A DNA stretch of 64,000 nucleotides from Bdellovibrionales bacterium (GCA_050250255.1 JBFWOZ010000003.1:1-64000), one strand, 5' to 3'; shown: positions 27,445 through 37,792, counted from the stretch's first letter. Notes: generated by a model not told the origin, from the sequence alone. A program made the numbers and translations.

Positions 27445-28269
27445 ATGAATGGTCGTTTAGTAAAACAACCGCTCTCAGAAACGGGAGCGAAAAACCGCTC
27501 TTTAGGATTGCTCACTATAGGAGATTCAGCAGACGTTTTGGGTTTAATCCTTCGAGTGCTTCCCAACGGAAGAAATTCTAGTGGCCCTATTTTAAAAGAA
27601 TATGCAGATCGATTAATAGACATTGGAATTGCTTACGAAGCGGTGGATGCAAACTTTCTTAGAAAAGCGGCACAAACACCAACTTTGAGACAAGGTGCTA
27701 ATTTGGTTACGTTTCTATCGGAAATTGAATTTGTTGTAGAGCATGCCACTCGGTTGGCTGATATAGATGCTCGGACCTATGCTCCATGGTTACGCTCTCT
27801 TGTAGCTCCCGTTCAGAAGGAATTTGCCGAGGCGGTGACAAAGTCAGGCTTCGCCTTACCACAACCCACTGAACGCCTTTACACTGGAATAGAATCTACT
27901 AGCGCCGAGTTTTCCAATTTAGGAGGCTCCCTAAAAGTCATTATCTTGAAATCCAAGCCAACCGTTAATGATCTTTTGTTGCTAAAAGCAGTCATAAATC
28001 TCGTGGATTATGGAACATTTATGAAAGCTTATACAAAAATGTTATCAAAAGGAACATCCACGATTGCAGAGCTCCCTAGTTTATTTGGTTTGGATCAGAA
28101 AGACATTTCTAAATTCTTAAACGCTAATACGAGAGAAAGTCAGATAAACGATTTTACAGTTTCTAGGGGTGGATCCGTCATGAAAACAGAGATTCTTCGT
28201 GGCGCTATAAAGGATCTTATCGAAGTTAAGTTGCTGGCTCTTCCAGAGAAAGTATTAACGGAAATTTGA
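27445..28269 (+). CDS. Hypothetical protein, possibly a 5'-truncated remnant
   Basis: 274-codon ORF, no clear RBS; coding-like sequence broken by stops lies upstream. Confidence 0.5.
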   Translation: MNGRLVKQPLSETGAKNRSLGLLTIGDSADVLGLILRVLPNGRNSSGPILKEYADRLIDIGIAYEAVDANFLRKAAQTPTLRQGANLVTFLSEIEFVVEHATRLADIDARTYAPWLRSLVAPVQKEFAEAVTKSGFALPQPTERLYTGIESTSAEFSNLGGSLKVIILKSKPTVNDLLLLKAVINLVDYGTFMKAYTKMLSKGTSTIAELPSLFGLDQKDISKFLNANTRESQINDFTVSRGGSVMKTEILRGAIKDLIEVKLLALPEKVLTEI

Positions 28270-28378
28270 TCAATTAATTCTTTTGTATTGGCAGGGTGAT
28301 CGCCGACTTAAATCTTAAAGATTGTTTATTAATGACACATGATGGGATAGCGGCTAATTTCTAATCTGAGAGGCGGCC

Positions 28379-29152
28379 ATGTCAAAAAAAAGCATTAAAC
28401 TCATTGTTATCATTTTGGCAGTTCTGTTGTTGGGCATAGTAACTTTATTAATATTTGAGCCTTTTGGTTCTAGAGAAAAAATAAAACCTAAACAAGGCGA
28501 CGTAGTAGAGAGCATTTATGGTCTCGGCACGGTAACGGCAGATAAGTTATATCGTGTAAGGGCCGGTATCATGCTCACTGTGCAAAAACTTTTTGTTAGA
28601 GAGGGAGATCTTGTAAAACCGGGTGAGCCTTTGGTTCAGCTTGACGAAAATGTTATGCGTTCTACCATAGAGGGAACGGTAACTTCGATCGCCTATAAAG
28701 AAGGAGAGTTAGTGACTCCACAAGTTGCAATTGTGACTGTCACAAATCTTGAGAATCTTTTTCTTGAGATCAGCCTTGAGCAGCAATCCATTCTAAGAGT
28801 TAAAAAGGGACAAAATGTCCAAGTCTCTTTTGAAAGCTTAAGAAACGAAAAGTTTGAGGGCACAGTGTCGTCAGTTTACCCAAGAGACAGCCAATTTATT
28901 GTTCGCATTGAGCTAAAAATCTGGCCCCCAAGTGTGCTGCCTGGCATGACAGCTGATGTGGCCATACTTGTCGGTAAAAAGCTCAACGTTTTGCTGATCC
29001 CCATTCGTAGTATTGTTGGCGGACAAGTGACTCGCATTAGAAGTGGCAAACGAGAGCGGGTGCCTATAAAACTTGGCGTGATTGACGGTGAGTGGGGCGA
29101 AGTCATTTCTGAAAATATTGGCAAAGATGATGAGCTTGTCTTAAGAAAGTAG
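28379..29152 (+). CDS. Periplasmic adaptor (membrane fusion) subunit, short hairpin
   Basis: N-terminal TM; lipoyl-like VREGDLVKPGEPLVQL...STIEGTV; LPGMTADV. Confidence 0.85.
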   Translation: MSKKSIKLIVIILAVLLLGIVTLLIFEPFGSREKIKPKQGDVVESIYGLGTVTADKLYRVRAGIMLTVQKLFVREGDLVKPGEPLVQLDENVMRSTIEGTVTSIAYKEGELVTPQVAIVTVTNLENLFLEISLEQQSILRVKKGQNVQVSFESLRNEKFEGTVSSVYPRDSQFIVRIELKIWPPSVLPGMTADVAILVGKKLNVLLIPIRSIVGGQVTRIRSGKRERVPIKLGVIDGEWGEVISENIGKDDELVLRK

Positions 29153-29158
29153 TCTTAA

Positions 29159-30409
29159 ATGATTTTTCTAGCTCTTAGACATTTATTAAGTCGAAAAAAG
29201 CAAACCAGTTTAACTCTACTAGGTATTATTCTCGGTACAGCGGCTTACATTGCGATTTCTGCAATGATGTTGGGCTTTCAAACGTTCATTGTTGATCAAC
29301 TAGTCAACAATGACTCTCACATCAGAATCAAAGCCCGTGAAGAAATGTTAAATGAAAAAAGTTTGTATGCTGCTTTTTTTGATTCTGACACCCACGTGCA
29401 CTGGGTAAAGCCGCCATCAGGTAGAAAAGACAATGCTTATATTTTAGCACCTCGAGAATGGCTTGATCGGCTAGAGGCAGATGAACGAGTGTCTGGGGCT
29501 TCACCACAATTGGTTGCACAAGGAATTGCCACCTACGGTAAGATCACACAAGGTATTAGCCTGGTGGGCGTAGATCCAGACAAGCAGCGTGGGGTTTCAA
29601 ACATAGAAAGCTCTATGATTAAGGGTCGGTTTGCCGACATTGGAACCACTGGCAACCGAATTGCTGTGGGAGATGCTTTTTTAAAAAAAATAGGCGCGGC
29701 TCAAGGCGAAACTATTTTTTTGACACTTGGTAAGGGGTTGCCTCAACCTTTTCGCATTGTTTCGGTTTTTCATTTGGGTGTGAAAGGTTTAGACGAAACT
29801 CGAATTTTTGGTTCGCTCGTAGATGTGCAACAATTAAATCAAACGCCCAGCCGAATTTCTGATATCGCGATTCGTTTAACAGATGTCAGTATGGCGGCCG
29901 AAGTCGCCTCAACTTATAATCTTATCGGCCAAGAAAATGTGCAAAGTTGGGATCAATCAAACGAAGGTATAATGTCGGTGTTTAAAACCCAAGATATCGT
30001 TCGCAATGCTATGACCATTTCAATTCTAGTTGTGGCCGGCTTCGGAATTTATAATATTTTAAGTTTGGCCGTCACTCACAAGCGGCGCGAAATTGCGATT
30101 TTAAGGTCGATGGGCTTTGAGCCCTTCGATATTACAAACTTGTTTCTCATTCAAGGAATGATTTTAGGACTCGTGGGAGGCGTTGTTGGTCTTGGCTTTG
30201 GAGCGATTTCTTCTTACGTAATGTCTAATATTGAAGTTTCGGCGGATCGCGGTTTAGGTGGCAGCTACATGATGGTCTCAAGCGATCTTATGATCTATGT
30301 GAAGGCTTTTACTATGGCGCTGCTCTCTTCAAGTTTCGCGAGCTATTTTCCGGCTCGCTTTGCTGGTAAGCTTGAGCCCATCGATATTATTCGAGGTGAA
30401 AATTCGTAA
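29159..30409 (+). CDS. MacB/LolC-like (FtsX-fold) ABC permease
   Basis: LTLLGIILG, KRREIAILRSMGF, PARFAGKLEPIDIIRG. Confidence 0.9.
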   Translation: MIFLALRHLLSRKKQTSLTLLGIILGTAAYIAISAMMLGFQTFIVDQLVNNDSHIRIKAREEMLNEKSLYAAFFDSDTHVHWVKPPSGRKDNAYILAPREWLDRLEADERVSGASPQLVAQGIATYGKITQGISLVGVDPDKQRGVSNIESSMIKGRFADIGTTGNRIAVGDAFLKKIGAAQGETIFLTLGKGLPQPFRIVSVFHLGVKGLDETRIFGSLVDVQQLNQTPSRISDIAIRLTDVSMAAEVASTYNLIGQENVQSWDQSNEGIMSVFKTQDIVRNAMTISILVVAGFGIYNILSLAVTHKRREIAILRSMGFEPFDITNLFLIQGMILGLVGGVVGLGFGAISSYVMSNIEVSADRGLGGSYMMVSSDLMIYVKAFTMALLSSSFASYFPARFAGKLEPIDIIRGENS

Positions 30410-31071
30410 TGTCGATTGTTATGAGTAATATCAAAAAAAGTTTTGGAGAGCCACACACGCTGGTTTTGAAAGGCATTTCGGGAGAAGTCGGAGACGGCGA
30501 AATGGTGGCGATCACGGGGCGTTCAGGCTCTGGTAAAAGCACGTTGTTATATATTATTAGCAGTTTAGATGCTCCTACATCGGGTGAAGTGTTAGTCGAT
30601 AATGTTTCGCTCACAGCAATGGGAAAAAAGGGAGTTCATAGTTTCCGTAATCAAAAAATGGGATTTGTGTTTCAGTTTCATCACCTGTTACCCGAGCTGA
30701 CGGCGCTTGAAAATGTTTTAATGCCGGCATTAAAAACTAAAACGGAAAAGCAGCGTCGTGAATTTGCGTTAGAGCTTTTAACAGAGTTCGGGATTCGCGA
30801 TAAAGCGGAAAGTTTTCCGAGTCAACTTTCTGGCGGCGAGCAACAGCGAGTTGCCATTGCTCGCGCTTTAGTGATGAAACCCTCTATATTATTTGCTGAC
30901 GAACCGACCGGAAACTTGGATTCGAGCAACGGGCAAATTGTCATGAATCTTTTTAAACGAATTAATAAAGAACATGGCACCACAATAATTTACGTCACCC
31001 ACGATCAAATATTTTCTCAAATGGCTTCTCGCCAGATCAATCTTGTCGATGGCATAATTAGTAGCCAATAA
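30409..31071 (+). CDS. LolD/MacB-like ABC ATP-binding protein
   Basis: [43 protein letters not shown]. Confidence 0.93.
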   Translation: MSIVMSNIKKSFGEPHTLVLKGISGEVGDGEMVAITGRSGSGKSTLLYIISSLDAPTSGEVLVDNVSLTAMGKKGVHSFRNQKMGFVFQFHHLLPELTALENVLMPALKTKTEKQRREFALELLTEFGIRDKAESFPSQLSGGEQQRVAIARALVMKPSILFADEPTGNLDSSNGQIVMNLFKRINKEHGTTIIYVTHDQIFSQMASRQINLVDGIISSQ

Positions 31072-31262
31072 ATTCATTGTTTACCCAAACTCAGGGGGCT
31101 CGTGATTTAGCTGCTGAATTTTCTGATTTCGCCGCGCTTTTAAATGGCTAAAGAATGCTTAAAGATAAAAACCTAAAGCCGCGCCAACGGATAGTTGAAT
31201 GAAGAGAACCCTTTATGGTTGACTAAGGTGACCCCCGACCTAGGCTTGTCGAACCACTCACG

Positions 31263-31430
31263 GTGATTAAAACGTATCAGGTGCAGTGGAAGAGGCCAAA
31301 GATTGATAACAACGAGCTGGCAAGCCTGCGTTGGGGCAAGAAATGGTCTTTAAGTCGAATTGCTAGGTATTACGGATTATCAAAACCGTCAATCTGTAGA
31401 AGGCTTAATTTATTAAATCCGTTATACTAG
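31263..31430 (+). CDS. Small HTH protein (55 aa, below the ORF track cut-off)
   Basis: My translation from GTG: MIKTYQVQWKRPKIDNNELASLRWGKKWSLSRIARYYGLSKPSICRRLNLLNPLY; HTH-like WSLSRIARYYGLSKPSI. Confidence 0.4.
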   Translation: MIKTYQVQWKRPKIDNNELASLRWGKKWSLSRIARYYGLSKPSICRRLNLLNPLY

Positions 31431-31444
31431 ATTCAAACCATTTC

Positions 31445-31481
31445 TTGTGTTTTTTATTAAAGTACGGTATATTACCGTACT
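31445..31481 (+). promoter_or_regulatory. sigma70 promoter with overlapping palindromic operator for the TA operon
   Basis: TTGTGT-N17-TATATT; perfect dyad AGTACGGTA-TAT-TACCGTACT (31461-31481) over the -10; AGGAG RBS follows. Confidence 0.75.
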
Positions 31482-31493
31482 AGGAGCTTTGGT

Positions 31494-31784
31494 GTGAACA
31501 GCTTTGAAGTTAAAACGGAAGTATTGGTTTCGAAGCTTGCTGAAAAGCAGCTTCGAAAAATTCCAAAGCACATTATGGAGTCGCTGCGGAACTGGATGGA
31601 AACAGTTGAACGCTTAGGAATTCGAGAGGCACGTAAGTTTCCAGGTCTTCATGATGAACCGCTGCAAGGTGATAGAAAGGGCCAACGCTCGGTAAGATTA
31701 AATAAAGCCTATCGCGCTATTTACATAGAAACCATCCAAGGGCTTGAACTCTTGGTAATAGAGGTAAACAAACATGAGTACTAA
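31494..31784 (+). CDS. higB: RelE/HigB-family mRNA interferase toxin
   Basis: LHDEPLQGDRKGQRSVRLNKAYRAIY; toxin-first order. Confidence 0.8.
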   Translation: MNSFEVKTEVLVSKLAEKQLRKIPKHIMESLRNWMETVERLGIREARKFPGLHDEPLQGDRKGQRSVRLNKAYRAIYIETIQGLELLVIEVNKHEY

Positions 31785-32070
31785 GAAATTAAGATCAGTT
31801 TTAGAAAAAAACCTTGGTCCTATGAGTTTTGGTAGTTTCTTGCGAGGAGCTAGGACCGTTAAAGATTTAAGCCAAGTCGAAATGGCTAAGTTCTTAGGAA
31901 TTACAAAAAGCACTCTCTGCGATATTGAAAAGGGCCGTCAATCTGTAACGCCAGCCCTTGCGGCTAAAATTGCTAAGAAGTGCGGGCTATCTGTTGTGGT
32001 TGCGGTTGAAACTGCGGTTAATGATCAATTGCGCCGAGCGGGTTTGAAGATTTCAGTTAAGGCATCCTAA
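31774..32070 (+). CDS. higA: HigA-like XRE HTH antitoxin
   Basis: LSQVEMAKFLGITKSTLCDIEKGR...AAKIA; overlaps the toxin stop. Confidence 0.8.
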   Translation: MSTKKLRSVLEKNLGPMSFGSFLRGARTVKDLSQVEMAKFLGITKSTLCDIEKGRQSVTPALAAKIAKKCGLSVVVAVETAVNDQLRRAGLKISVKAS

Positions 32071-32107
32071 TTCAAGATGGATTTTATAATTCGACCAGCG
32101 TAGGAAT

Positions 32108-32184
32108 TGGTGACCACGGCAAGAATTGAACTTGCGACCCACAGTTTAGGAAACTGTTGCTCTATCCAACTGAGCTACGTGGTC
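32108..32184 (-). tRNA. tRNA-Arg(CCT)
   Basis: Cloverleaf: GACCACG/CGTGGTC acceptor + ACCA, D-arm GCTC..GAGC, anticodon arm ACAGT-TTCCTAA-ACTGT, T-arm GCAAG-TTCAATT-CTTGC. Confidence 0.96.
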
Positions 32185-32192
32185 ATTGAAAA

Positions 32193-32612
32193 CTAAACGT
32201 TTGCGCTTACGCGACCCATTCGACTGTGATCCAGTTGACCCTCATAAAGCTTATGAAGTTCGTACTGTTGAATGGCATCCGCAATAATTGGAAGAGCCAT
32301 GACAGCTAATCCAACGCTTAAGACCGGAAGAAGATTGTTGGGTTCATGCCCAAACTTTTTTTGGATTTTTACCATGTCATCACCCATAATGTATTCGTGA
32401 TAGATGTGGTATAGCCCAAACGTGAACAGTGAGAGGAAAAACCACTTCCAAAATCCATACTTTGGGTAGCCGAGTAACTGGTTCCAAACGCGAATTTGGT
32501 GGGCTTGCCAGAACAAGTTGTAAATGCCGAAAGTGATGAAACTTAGGAAAACACAGAGAACAATGTTTTTTTCAACCTCTTCAAAGCGCGGCAAATTCGT
32601 ATTTTTATCCAT
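32193..32612 (-). CDS. DUF4234-like membrane protein
   Basis: Duplicated LSFITFGIYNLFW / LSLFTFGLYHIY motif. Confidence 0.75.
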   Translation of the reverse strand: MDKNTNLPRFEEVEKNIVLCVFLSFITFGIYNLFWQAHQIRVWNQLLGYPKYGFWKWFFLSLFTFGLYHIYHEYIMGDDMVKIQKKFGHEPNNLLPVLSVGLAVMALPIIADAIQQYELHKLYEGQLDHSRMGRVSANV

Positions 32613-32735
32613 ATGCAGCAAATCTAATATACTTCACAAATGAACTCAATCAATATCGTGAGTCCGCCTCTTGACTCTTCTGCCACATGATTCATATTTG
32701 GAATCTGTTATAGCGACTTAAACTCAGAGGAGAGT

Positions 32736-33317
32736 ATGAAAACTTACGTTTTACTTTTAGGTGTATCCATGTTGTTTCTTTCGGGTTGCGGAATTCAATC
32801 CATCCCTCAAGCCAAAAACCAAGTCGAAGCTTCAGTGGCCGAAGTCACGAATCAATATAAGCGTCGCGCAGATTTAATCCCCAATTTAGTGACTGTTGTA
32901 AAGGGCTACGCCAAGCACGAACAAGAAACTCTTGAAGGTGTTGTCGAAGCGCGCGCTAAAGCGACTAGCATCAATTTAGATCCAACAAAACTCGATGCAC
33001 AAACTCTTGAGAAATACCAACAGTCGCAAGGACAACTTACGCAAGCTCTCGGCAAACTGATGGTGATCAGCGAGAACTATCCCAATTTAAAAGCAGATGC
33101 GAACTTTCGTGATCTTCAAGCCCAGCTTGAGGGAACTGAAAATCGTATTACGATTGCTCGACAAAGAAACATCGAAGCGATCAAAGCTTTTAACGACTTA
33201 ATCACTGTGCCTCCAACAAGTTGGACAAATAGCCTTTTCTATAAAAACGATAAGCTTCCACAGTGGACTGTTGTTGGAGCTGAAACTCTTCAAGAAGCTC
33301 CGAAAGTAGAAATGTAA
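32736..33317 (+). CDS. lemA: LemA family lipoprotein
   Basis: LSGC lipobox; QYKRRADLIPNLV, ENYPNLKA, LEGTENRI. Confidence 0.93.
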   Translation: MKTYVLLLGVSMLFLSGCGIQSIPQAKNQVEASVAEVTNQYKRRADLIPNLVTVVKGYAKHEQETLEGVVEARAKATSINLDPTKLDAQTLEKYQQSQGQLTQALGKLMVISENYPNLKADANFRDLQAQLEGTENRITIARQRNIEAIKAFNDLITVPPTSWTNSLFYKNDKLPQWTVVGAETLQEAPKVEM

Positions 33318-33320
33318 TTT

Positions 33321-34049
33321 GTGACAAGGTCGTTATTTGCCTCCTTATTGACGGCGCTTCTTTATGAAAATGCTTTGGCGTTTGAGGTGCCAGCTTTTAC
33401 TGCGCCCGTTGTAGATCAGGCGCAAGTCATGAGCGCTGAGACGGAATCCAAACTTTCTCAAGCACTAGAGAGCGTCCGCAAAAAAGGTGGGAGCCAAATT
33501 GCTGTCCTTACAGTCGCGAGTCTTGGTGGCGAAGCCATTGAACAGGTTTCCATACAAGTCGTGGATCGATGGAAGTTAGGCACCGCCACGAAAGATAATG
33601 GAGTTCTACTTTTAGTAGCGACTCAGGACCGTCAGGTAAGAATTGAAGTAGGCCAAGGCCTCGAAGGTGATCTTCCTGATGCTTACGCAAAACGTATTGT
33701 GGAAGATACGATTGTTCCTTATTTTAAAGCTGGTGATGTGGAAAGCGGAATCGTCGCAGGAGTTCAGGCGATTCTATCACGTACGGATCCTGGGCTTGAG
33801 CTCGGTTCCGCTCCTGCGCAGAGAAGTTCACCAGCGCGTTTACATGTACCAGGCGGACATATTCTTCAGCTCGTTTTCTTTTTAATCTTTTTTGTTGTGT
33901 CGTCGATATTCCGTGGCTTTTCTGGCCGACGTCGTTCTCCATGGGGGCTTTCACCTTCAGGCCATTGGGGTGGTGGAGGTTTTCGAGGAGGATTTGGCGG
34001 CGGTGGTGGCGGCGGTTTCAGCGGAGGAGGGGCATCTGGACGGTGGTAA
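33321..34049 (+). CDS. TPM-domain (YgcG-like) protein with Gly-rich tail
   Basis: VVDQA, DNGVLLLVA..DRQVRIEVGQGLEG, GGGFSGGGASGRW. Confidence 0.9.
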   Translation: MTRSLFASLLTALLYENALAFEVPAFTAPVVDQAQVMSAETESKLSQALESVRKKGGSQIAVLTVASLGGEAIEQVSIQVVDRWKLGTATKDNGVLLLVATQDRQVRIEVGQGLEGDLPDAYAKRIVEDTIVPYFKAGDVESGIVAGVQAILSRTDPGLELGSAPAQRSSPARLHVPGGHILQLVFFLIFFVVSSIFRGFSGRRRSPWGLSPSGHWGGGGFRGGFGGGGGGGFSGGGASGRW

Positions 34050-34086
34050 AAAATCTCTTATTCAATGCTCTTGGCTACACTCTTTC

Positions 34087-34710
34087 ATGAACGAACAGGA
34101 TGTGGAGCGCATTTCAGAAGCCGTGAGACAGGCTGAAAAAACCACCTCCGGCGAAATCGTACCGATGGTTGTGCGCCGTTCGAGTTCTGTTGGACATGTC
34201 CCTCTCATATTAGGGCTGCTACTTTTAATGGGAGCTCTCTTTTTAGATTTTAATTGGCTCGCTCAGGAGAGCACATTTCTGCGAAGCTTAAGTTGGCTGC
34301 TTGAGCTTCTCATCATTTTTCTTCTTATCCGTTTTCTTGCTCCACTACATTTTATTCAAAGATGGCTGAGCGATCGTGACGATTTGGCTCGCCAAGTGGA
34401 AATGCGAGCGGAATTAGAATTTTACGAACATGGTTTGCAGAAAACAACAGGGGCCACCGGAATTCTCATTTTTGTTTCTTTAATGGAGAGAAGAGCCGTA
34501 ATTCTTGCAGATTCCTCTATCTCTAGCAAATTGCCTCCTGATATTTGGGATAAATTTTTACACGAATTAACAGAATCTATTCATCAAAAACAATTTGCTC
34601 AAGGAATGTTAAATATCATTGGGAAAATGGGAGAGCTTATTACGGCTCAGTTCCCTCGCTCTGAGCATGATCATGACGAACTTCCCAACGAACTCATCGT
34701 GAAGGACTAG
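34087..34710 (+). CDS. TPM-domain membrane protein
   Basis: AEKTTSGEI, TGILIFVSLMER, DELPN; usual lemA-TPM-TPM triad; start uncertain. Confidence 0.85.
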   Translation: MNEQDVERISEAVRQAEKTTSGEIVPMVVRRSSSVGHVPLILGLLLLMGALFLDFNWLAQESTFLRSLSWLLELLIIFLLIRFLAPLHFIQRWLSDRDDLARQVEMRAELEFYEHGLQKTTGATGILIFVSLMERRAVILADSSISSKLPPDIWDKFLHELTESIHQKQFAQGMLNIIGKMGELITAQFPRSEHDHDELPNELIVKD

Positions 34711-34711
34711 T

Positions 34712-35641
34712 ATGAACCCCTTAGAGCTCGAAAACTTGAAAAAGAACTATGGAAGTCTTCAAGCTTTAAAAGGTGTCAACCTGAGTATGAAAACGGGCGA
34801 AGTTCTTGGGCTTTTAGGTCCAAACGGCGCTGGTAAGACAACTATTATTTCCATTCTGACAACTCTCGAGAACCCCTTATCGGGGACAGCTAAAGTTTTT
34901 GGAGTGGATGTCGCGAAAAGTCTTCGCGACGCGAAGCTGCTTTTAGGATACGTTCCCCAGGAAATCGTAAGCCACGGTTTTTTTACGGTCGAAGAAATTT
35001 TGGAATTCCACTCTGGCTATTACGGAATTCAAAATAATAAAGAACAAATCAATTATCTGTTGGATCGTCTCAGTCTTAGTGAGCATCGACATAAAAGTGT
35101 CAGACAATTAAGCGGAGGGATGAAGCGTCGTCTGCTGATCGCCAAAGCTCTCGTTCATAAACCTAAACTTTTGCTTCTCGACGAACCAACAGCGGGAGTT
35201 GATGTCGAGCTCAGAACTTCTCTTTGGAAATTCGTACGCGAATTAAATCAACAGGGAATGAGTGTTCTTTTAACCACCCACTACTTAGAAGAAGCCGAAG
35301 AGCTATGTGATCGCGTGGCCATTATTCATAAAGGTGAAATCCTTCAGGTGGGTGAAACGAAAGGTCTCGTGCGACAGCTCACACAAAGACAGGTGGATAT
35401 CACGTTGAATCACGCACCTGTAAATTTAAAAAATGTCTATTTAACAAAGCAAGTACAGAACGAATTAGAATTTCGTCTTCCTTATCAGGTGACTCTCGGG
35501 GAGCTCCTCGCGCAACTCAATCTTCCGATGGAATCGATTAAGGACCTGCGAATTCGTGAGGGGAATTTAGAAGAGGCCTTTATTCATATTTTACAAAGAG
35601 GTCATCTGTCGCCCAAAGAATCATCGGTAGGTGTCCAGTGA
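34712..35641 (+). CDS. ABC-2 type ATP-binding protein (YadG-like)
   Basis: GPNGAGKTT, LSGGMKRRL, LDEPTAGVD. Confidence 0.92.
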   Translation: MNPLELENLKKNYGSLQALKGVNLSMKTGEVLGLLGPNGAGKTTIISILTTLENPLSGTAKVFGVDVAKSLRDAKLLLGYVPQEIVSHGFFTVEEILEFHSGYYGIQNNKEQINYLLDRLSLSEHRHKSVRQLSGGMKRRLLIAKALVHKPKLLLLDEPTAGVDVELRTSLWKFVRELNQQGMSVLLTTHYLEEAEELCDRVAIIHKGEILQVGETKGLVRQLTQRQVDITLNHAPVNLKNVYLTKQVQNELEFRLPYQVTLGELLAQLNLPMESIKDLRIREGNLEEAFIHILQRGHLSPKESSVGVQ

Positions 35642-36447
35642 AAACTTCCACAGTAGATATGTCTCGTATGAAATGGGTGCCCTTTCTCTCTCTCTTGAAA
35701 AAGGAAATCAAACGTTTCCTTCGAGTTGCGAGACAGACGCTGCTGATTCCGCTTGTAAACTCGGGCCTTTATCTTTTCATTTTTGGCGTGAGTCTTGGAG
35801 ATAAAATAGCGATGGAGGGAGTGCCTCACTATCTCGCATTTCTCATTCCAGGAATTTTGATGATGGGTTGTATGAACAATGCGTTTCAAAATTCTTCAAG
35901 CTCCATTGGTTCTTCAAAGTTTCATGGAGATTTAGAAGATCTTCGCGTTGTTCCTCTCTCAGCCAGCCAAATTGCCTTAGCGATGAGTTTGGGCGGACTC
36001 GTGCGTGGAGTGGCGGTCGCTATTTTGATTTTTTTAATGGGCGACGTATTCTATTGGTTTTCTGTTGGTGAATTTTTAACGATTCAGCATCCGTTTCTTT
36101 TGACTTACTTTCTCGTGACTGGTGGCCTTGTTTTTTCGTGTCTTGGAATCGCTATTGGTTTTTGGGCAAAGAATTTTGACCAGATGACAGCGGTGGGTGG
36201 ATTCATCCTTCTCCCGCTTTTATATTTAGGTGGGGTCTTTTTCTCTATCGACCAACTCCATCCGATTTGGCAGTGGATTTCTCAATTAAACCCCATGCTC
36301 TATTTTATTAACGGGGTGAGGTATGGCATCGTTGGCCACACAGACGTGGAAATGGAAATTGCCGGGCTATTTACTTTTATCACCACGATTTTGCTTTACT
36401 GGCTTGCCGTGAGAAGTATACGTAACGGCATGTACGGTCGTTGGTAA
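35638..36447 (+). CDS. ABC-2 type permease (YadH-like)
   Basis: KEIKRFLR, YLAFLIPG, LGGVFFSI..L, NPMLY. Confidence 0.9.
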   Translation: MKTSTVDMSRMKWVPFLSLLKKEIKRFLRVARQTLLIPLVNSGLYLFIFGVSLGDKIAMEGVPHYLAFLIPGILMMGCMNNAFQNSSSSIGSSKFHGDLEDLRVVPLSASQIALAMSLGGLVRGVAVAILIFLMGDVFYWFSVGEFLTIQHPFLLTYFLVTGGLVFSCLGIAIGFWAKNFDQMTAVGGFILLPLLYLGGVFFSIDQLHPIWQWISQLNPMLYFINGVRYGIVGHTDVEMEIAGLFTFITTILLYWLAVRSIRNGMYGRW

Positions 36448-36457
36448 GGACGGATTT

Positions 36458-37792
36458 ATGTTTGACTCACTCTCAGAAAAATTACTCTCGAGCATCAAGC
36501 GCCTTAAGGGCCAAGCTAAAATTTCAGAAAGTAATATTGAAGAAACTCTTCGGGAAATTCGTTTAAGTCTTCTAGAGGCCGATGTTCATTTCAAAGTCGT
36601 AAAAACTTTCATTGATCGCATCAAACTCAAAGCTTTAGGCCAAGACGTAAAAGATCAGATCACAGCAGGTCAGCAATTTGTTAAAATTGTTCATGACGAA
36701 CTGGTGACGATTCTGGGTGGCGGTGCCGCGCGACTCGAACTTAAAGACAAACCTTCCATTGTCTTCCTTGTCGGTTTGCAAGGAGCAGGGAAGACTACGA
36801 CGGCGGCAAAGCTCGCTCTCCATTTACAAAAAAATCTTGGTAAGAGACCCGGCCTCGTTTCTGTAGACGTTTATCGTCCGTCAGCGATTGAACAGCTCAA
36901 GGTCTTGGCGGAAAAAAATCAAATTTTATTTTTTCCTTCACAGAGTGCGGATAAGCCAGAAGACATTGTGCAAAAAGCAAAAAAATGGGCAGAAGATCAA
37001 CTCATCGATGTTATCATTGTCGATACCGCCGGTCGCTTGCAAATCGACGAAACTCTCATGAGCGAGTTAAAGCGACTGAAAGAAATTGTACCTCCTCAAG
37101 AAGTGCTTCTTGTTGCCGATGCCATGCTTGGCCAGCAGTCTGTGAACGTTGCTGAAGGCTTTCATCAACAGGTCGGTCTCACGGGCTTAGTCCTCACCAA
37201 AATGGACGGGGATGCACGTGGCGGAGCGGCTCTCAGCATTCGCGAGGCCACAGGAGTTCCCATTAAGTTGATGGGCATTGGCGAAAAAGTGGATGCGCTC
37301 GAGGTATTTCACCCGGATCGGTTGGCGTCTCGAATTCTCGATATGGGAGATGTTCTTACGCTTGTGGAGAAGGCCCAAACGGTGATGGACGAGAAGTCCG
37401 CTAAAGATGCCGTTAAAAAAATGGCCAAAAACGAGTTCACCGTGGAAGATTTTCTCGCTCAGCTTCAGCAAATTAAGAAAATGGGAAGTATGGAGAGTAT
37501 TCTTAAAATGCTTCCCGGTATGGGGCAGGTCATGAAACAGGTAAAAAATATGGCCCCCCCCGATAAGGAGCTTAAAAAAATTGAAGCGATTATCTACTCC
37601 ATGACTATGGAGGAGCGTAGGGACCACAATATACTGAATGGTTCCCGCCGCTTAAGAATTGCCAAGGGAAGCGGTACACAGGTCAGCGATGTAAATAAAT
37701 TTGTTAAACAGTTCGTAGACGCTAAGAAAATGATGTCCCAAATGATGAAAATGGGTCTTGGACGTGGTGGCAGAATGGGTTTTCCTTTCTAA
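36458..37792 (+). CDS. ffh: Signal recognition particle protein
   Basis: GLQGAGKTT, DTAGR, TKMDGDARGG, Met-rich M domain. Confidence 0.98.
   Translation: MFDSLSEKLLSSIKRLKGQAKISESNIEETLREIRLSLLEADVHFKVVKTFIDRIKLKALGQDVKDQITAGQQFVKIVHDELVTILGGGAARLELKDKPSIVFLVGLQGAGKTTTAAKLALHLQKNLGKRPGLVSVDVYRPSAIEQLKVLAEKNQILFFPSQSADKPEDIVQKAKKWAEDQLIDVIIVDTAGRLQIDETLMSELKRLKEIVPPQEVLLVADAMLGQQSVNVAEGFHQQVGLTGLVLTKMDGDARGGAALSIREATGVPIKLMGIGEKVDALEVFHPDRLASRILDMGDVLTLVEKAQTVMDEKSAKDAVKKMAKNEFTVEDFLAQLQQIKKMGSMESILKMLPGMGQVMKQVKNMAPPDKELKKIEAIIYSMTMEERRDHNILNGSRRLRIAKGSGTQVSDVNKFVKQFVDAKKMMSQMMKMGLGRGGRMGFPF

Noticed and set aside
27324..27623. 99-aa minus-strand ORF
   Set aside because: Overlaps the longer plus-strand ORF; no RBS or motif
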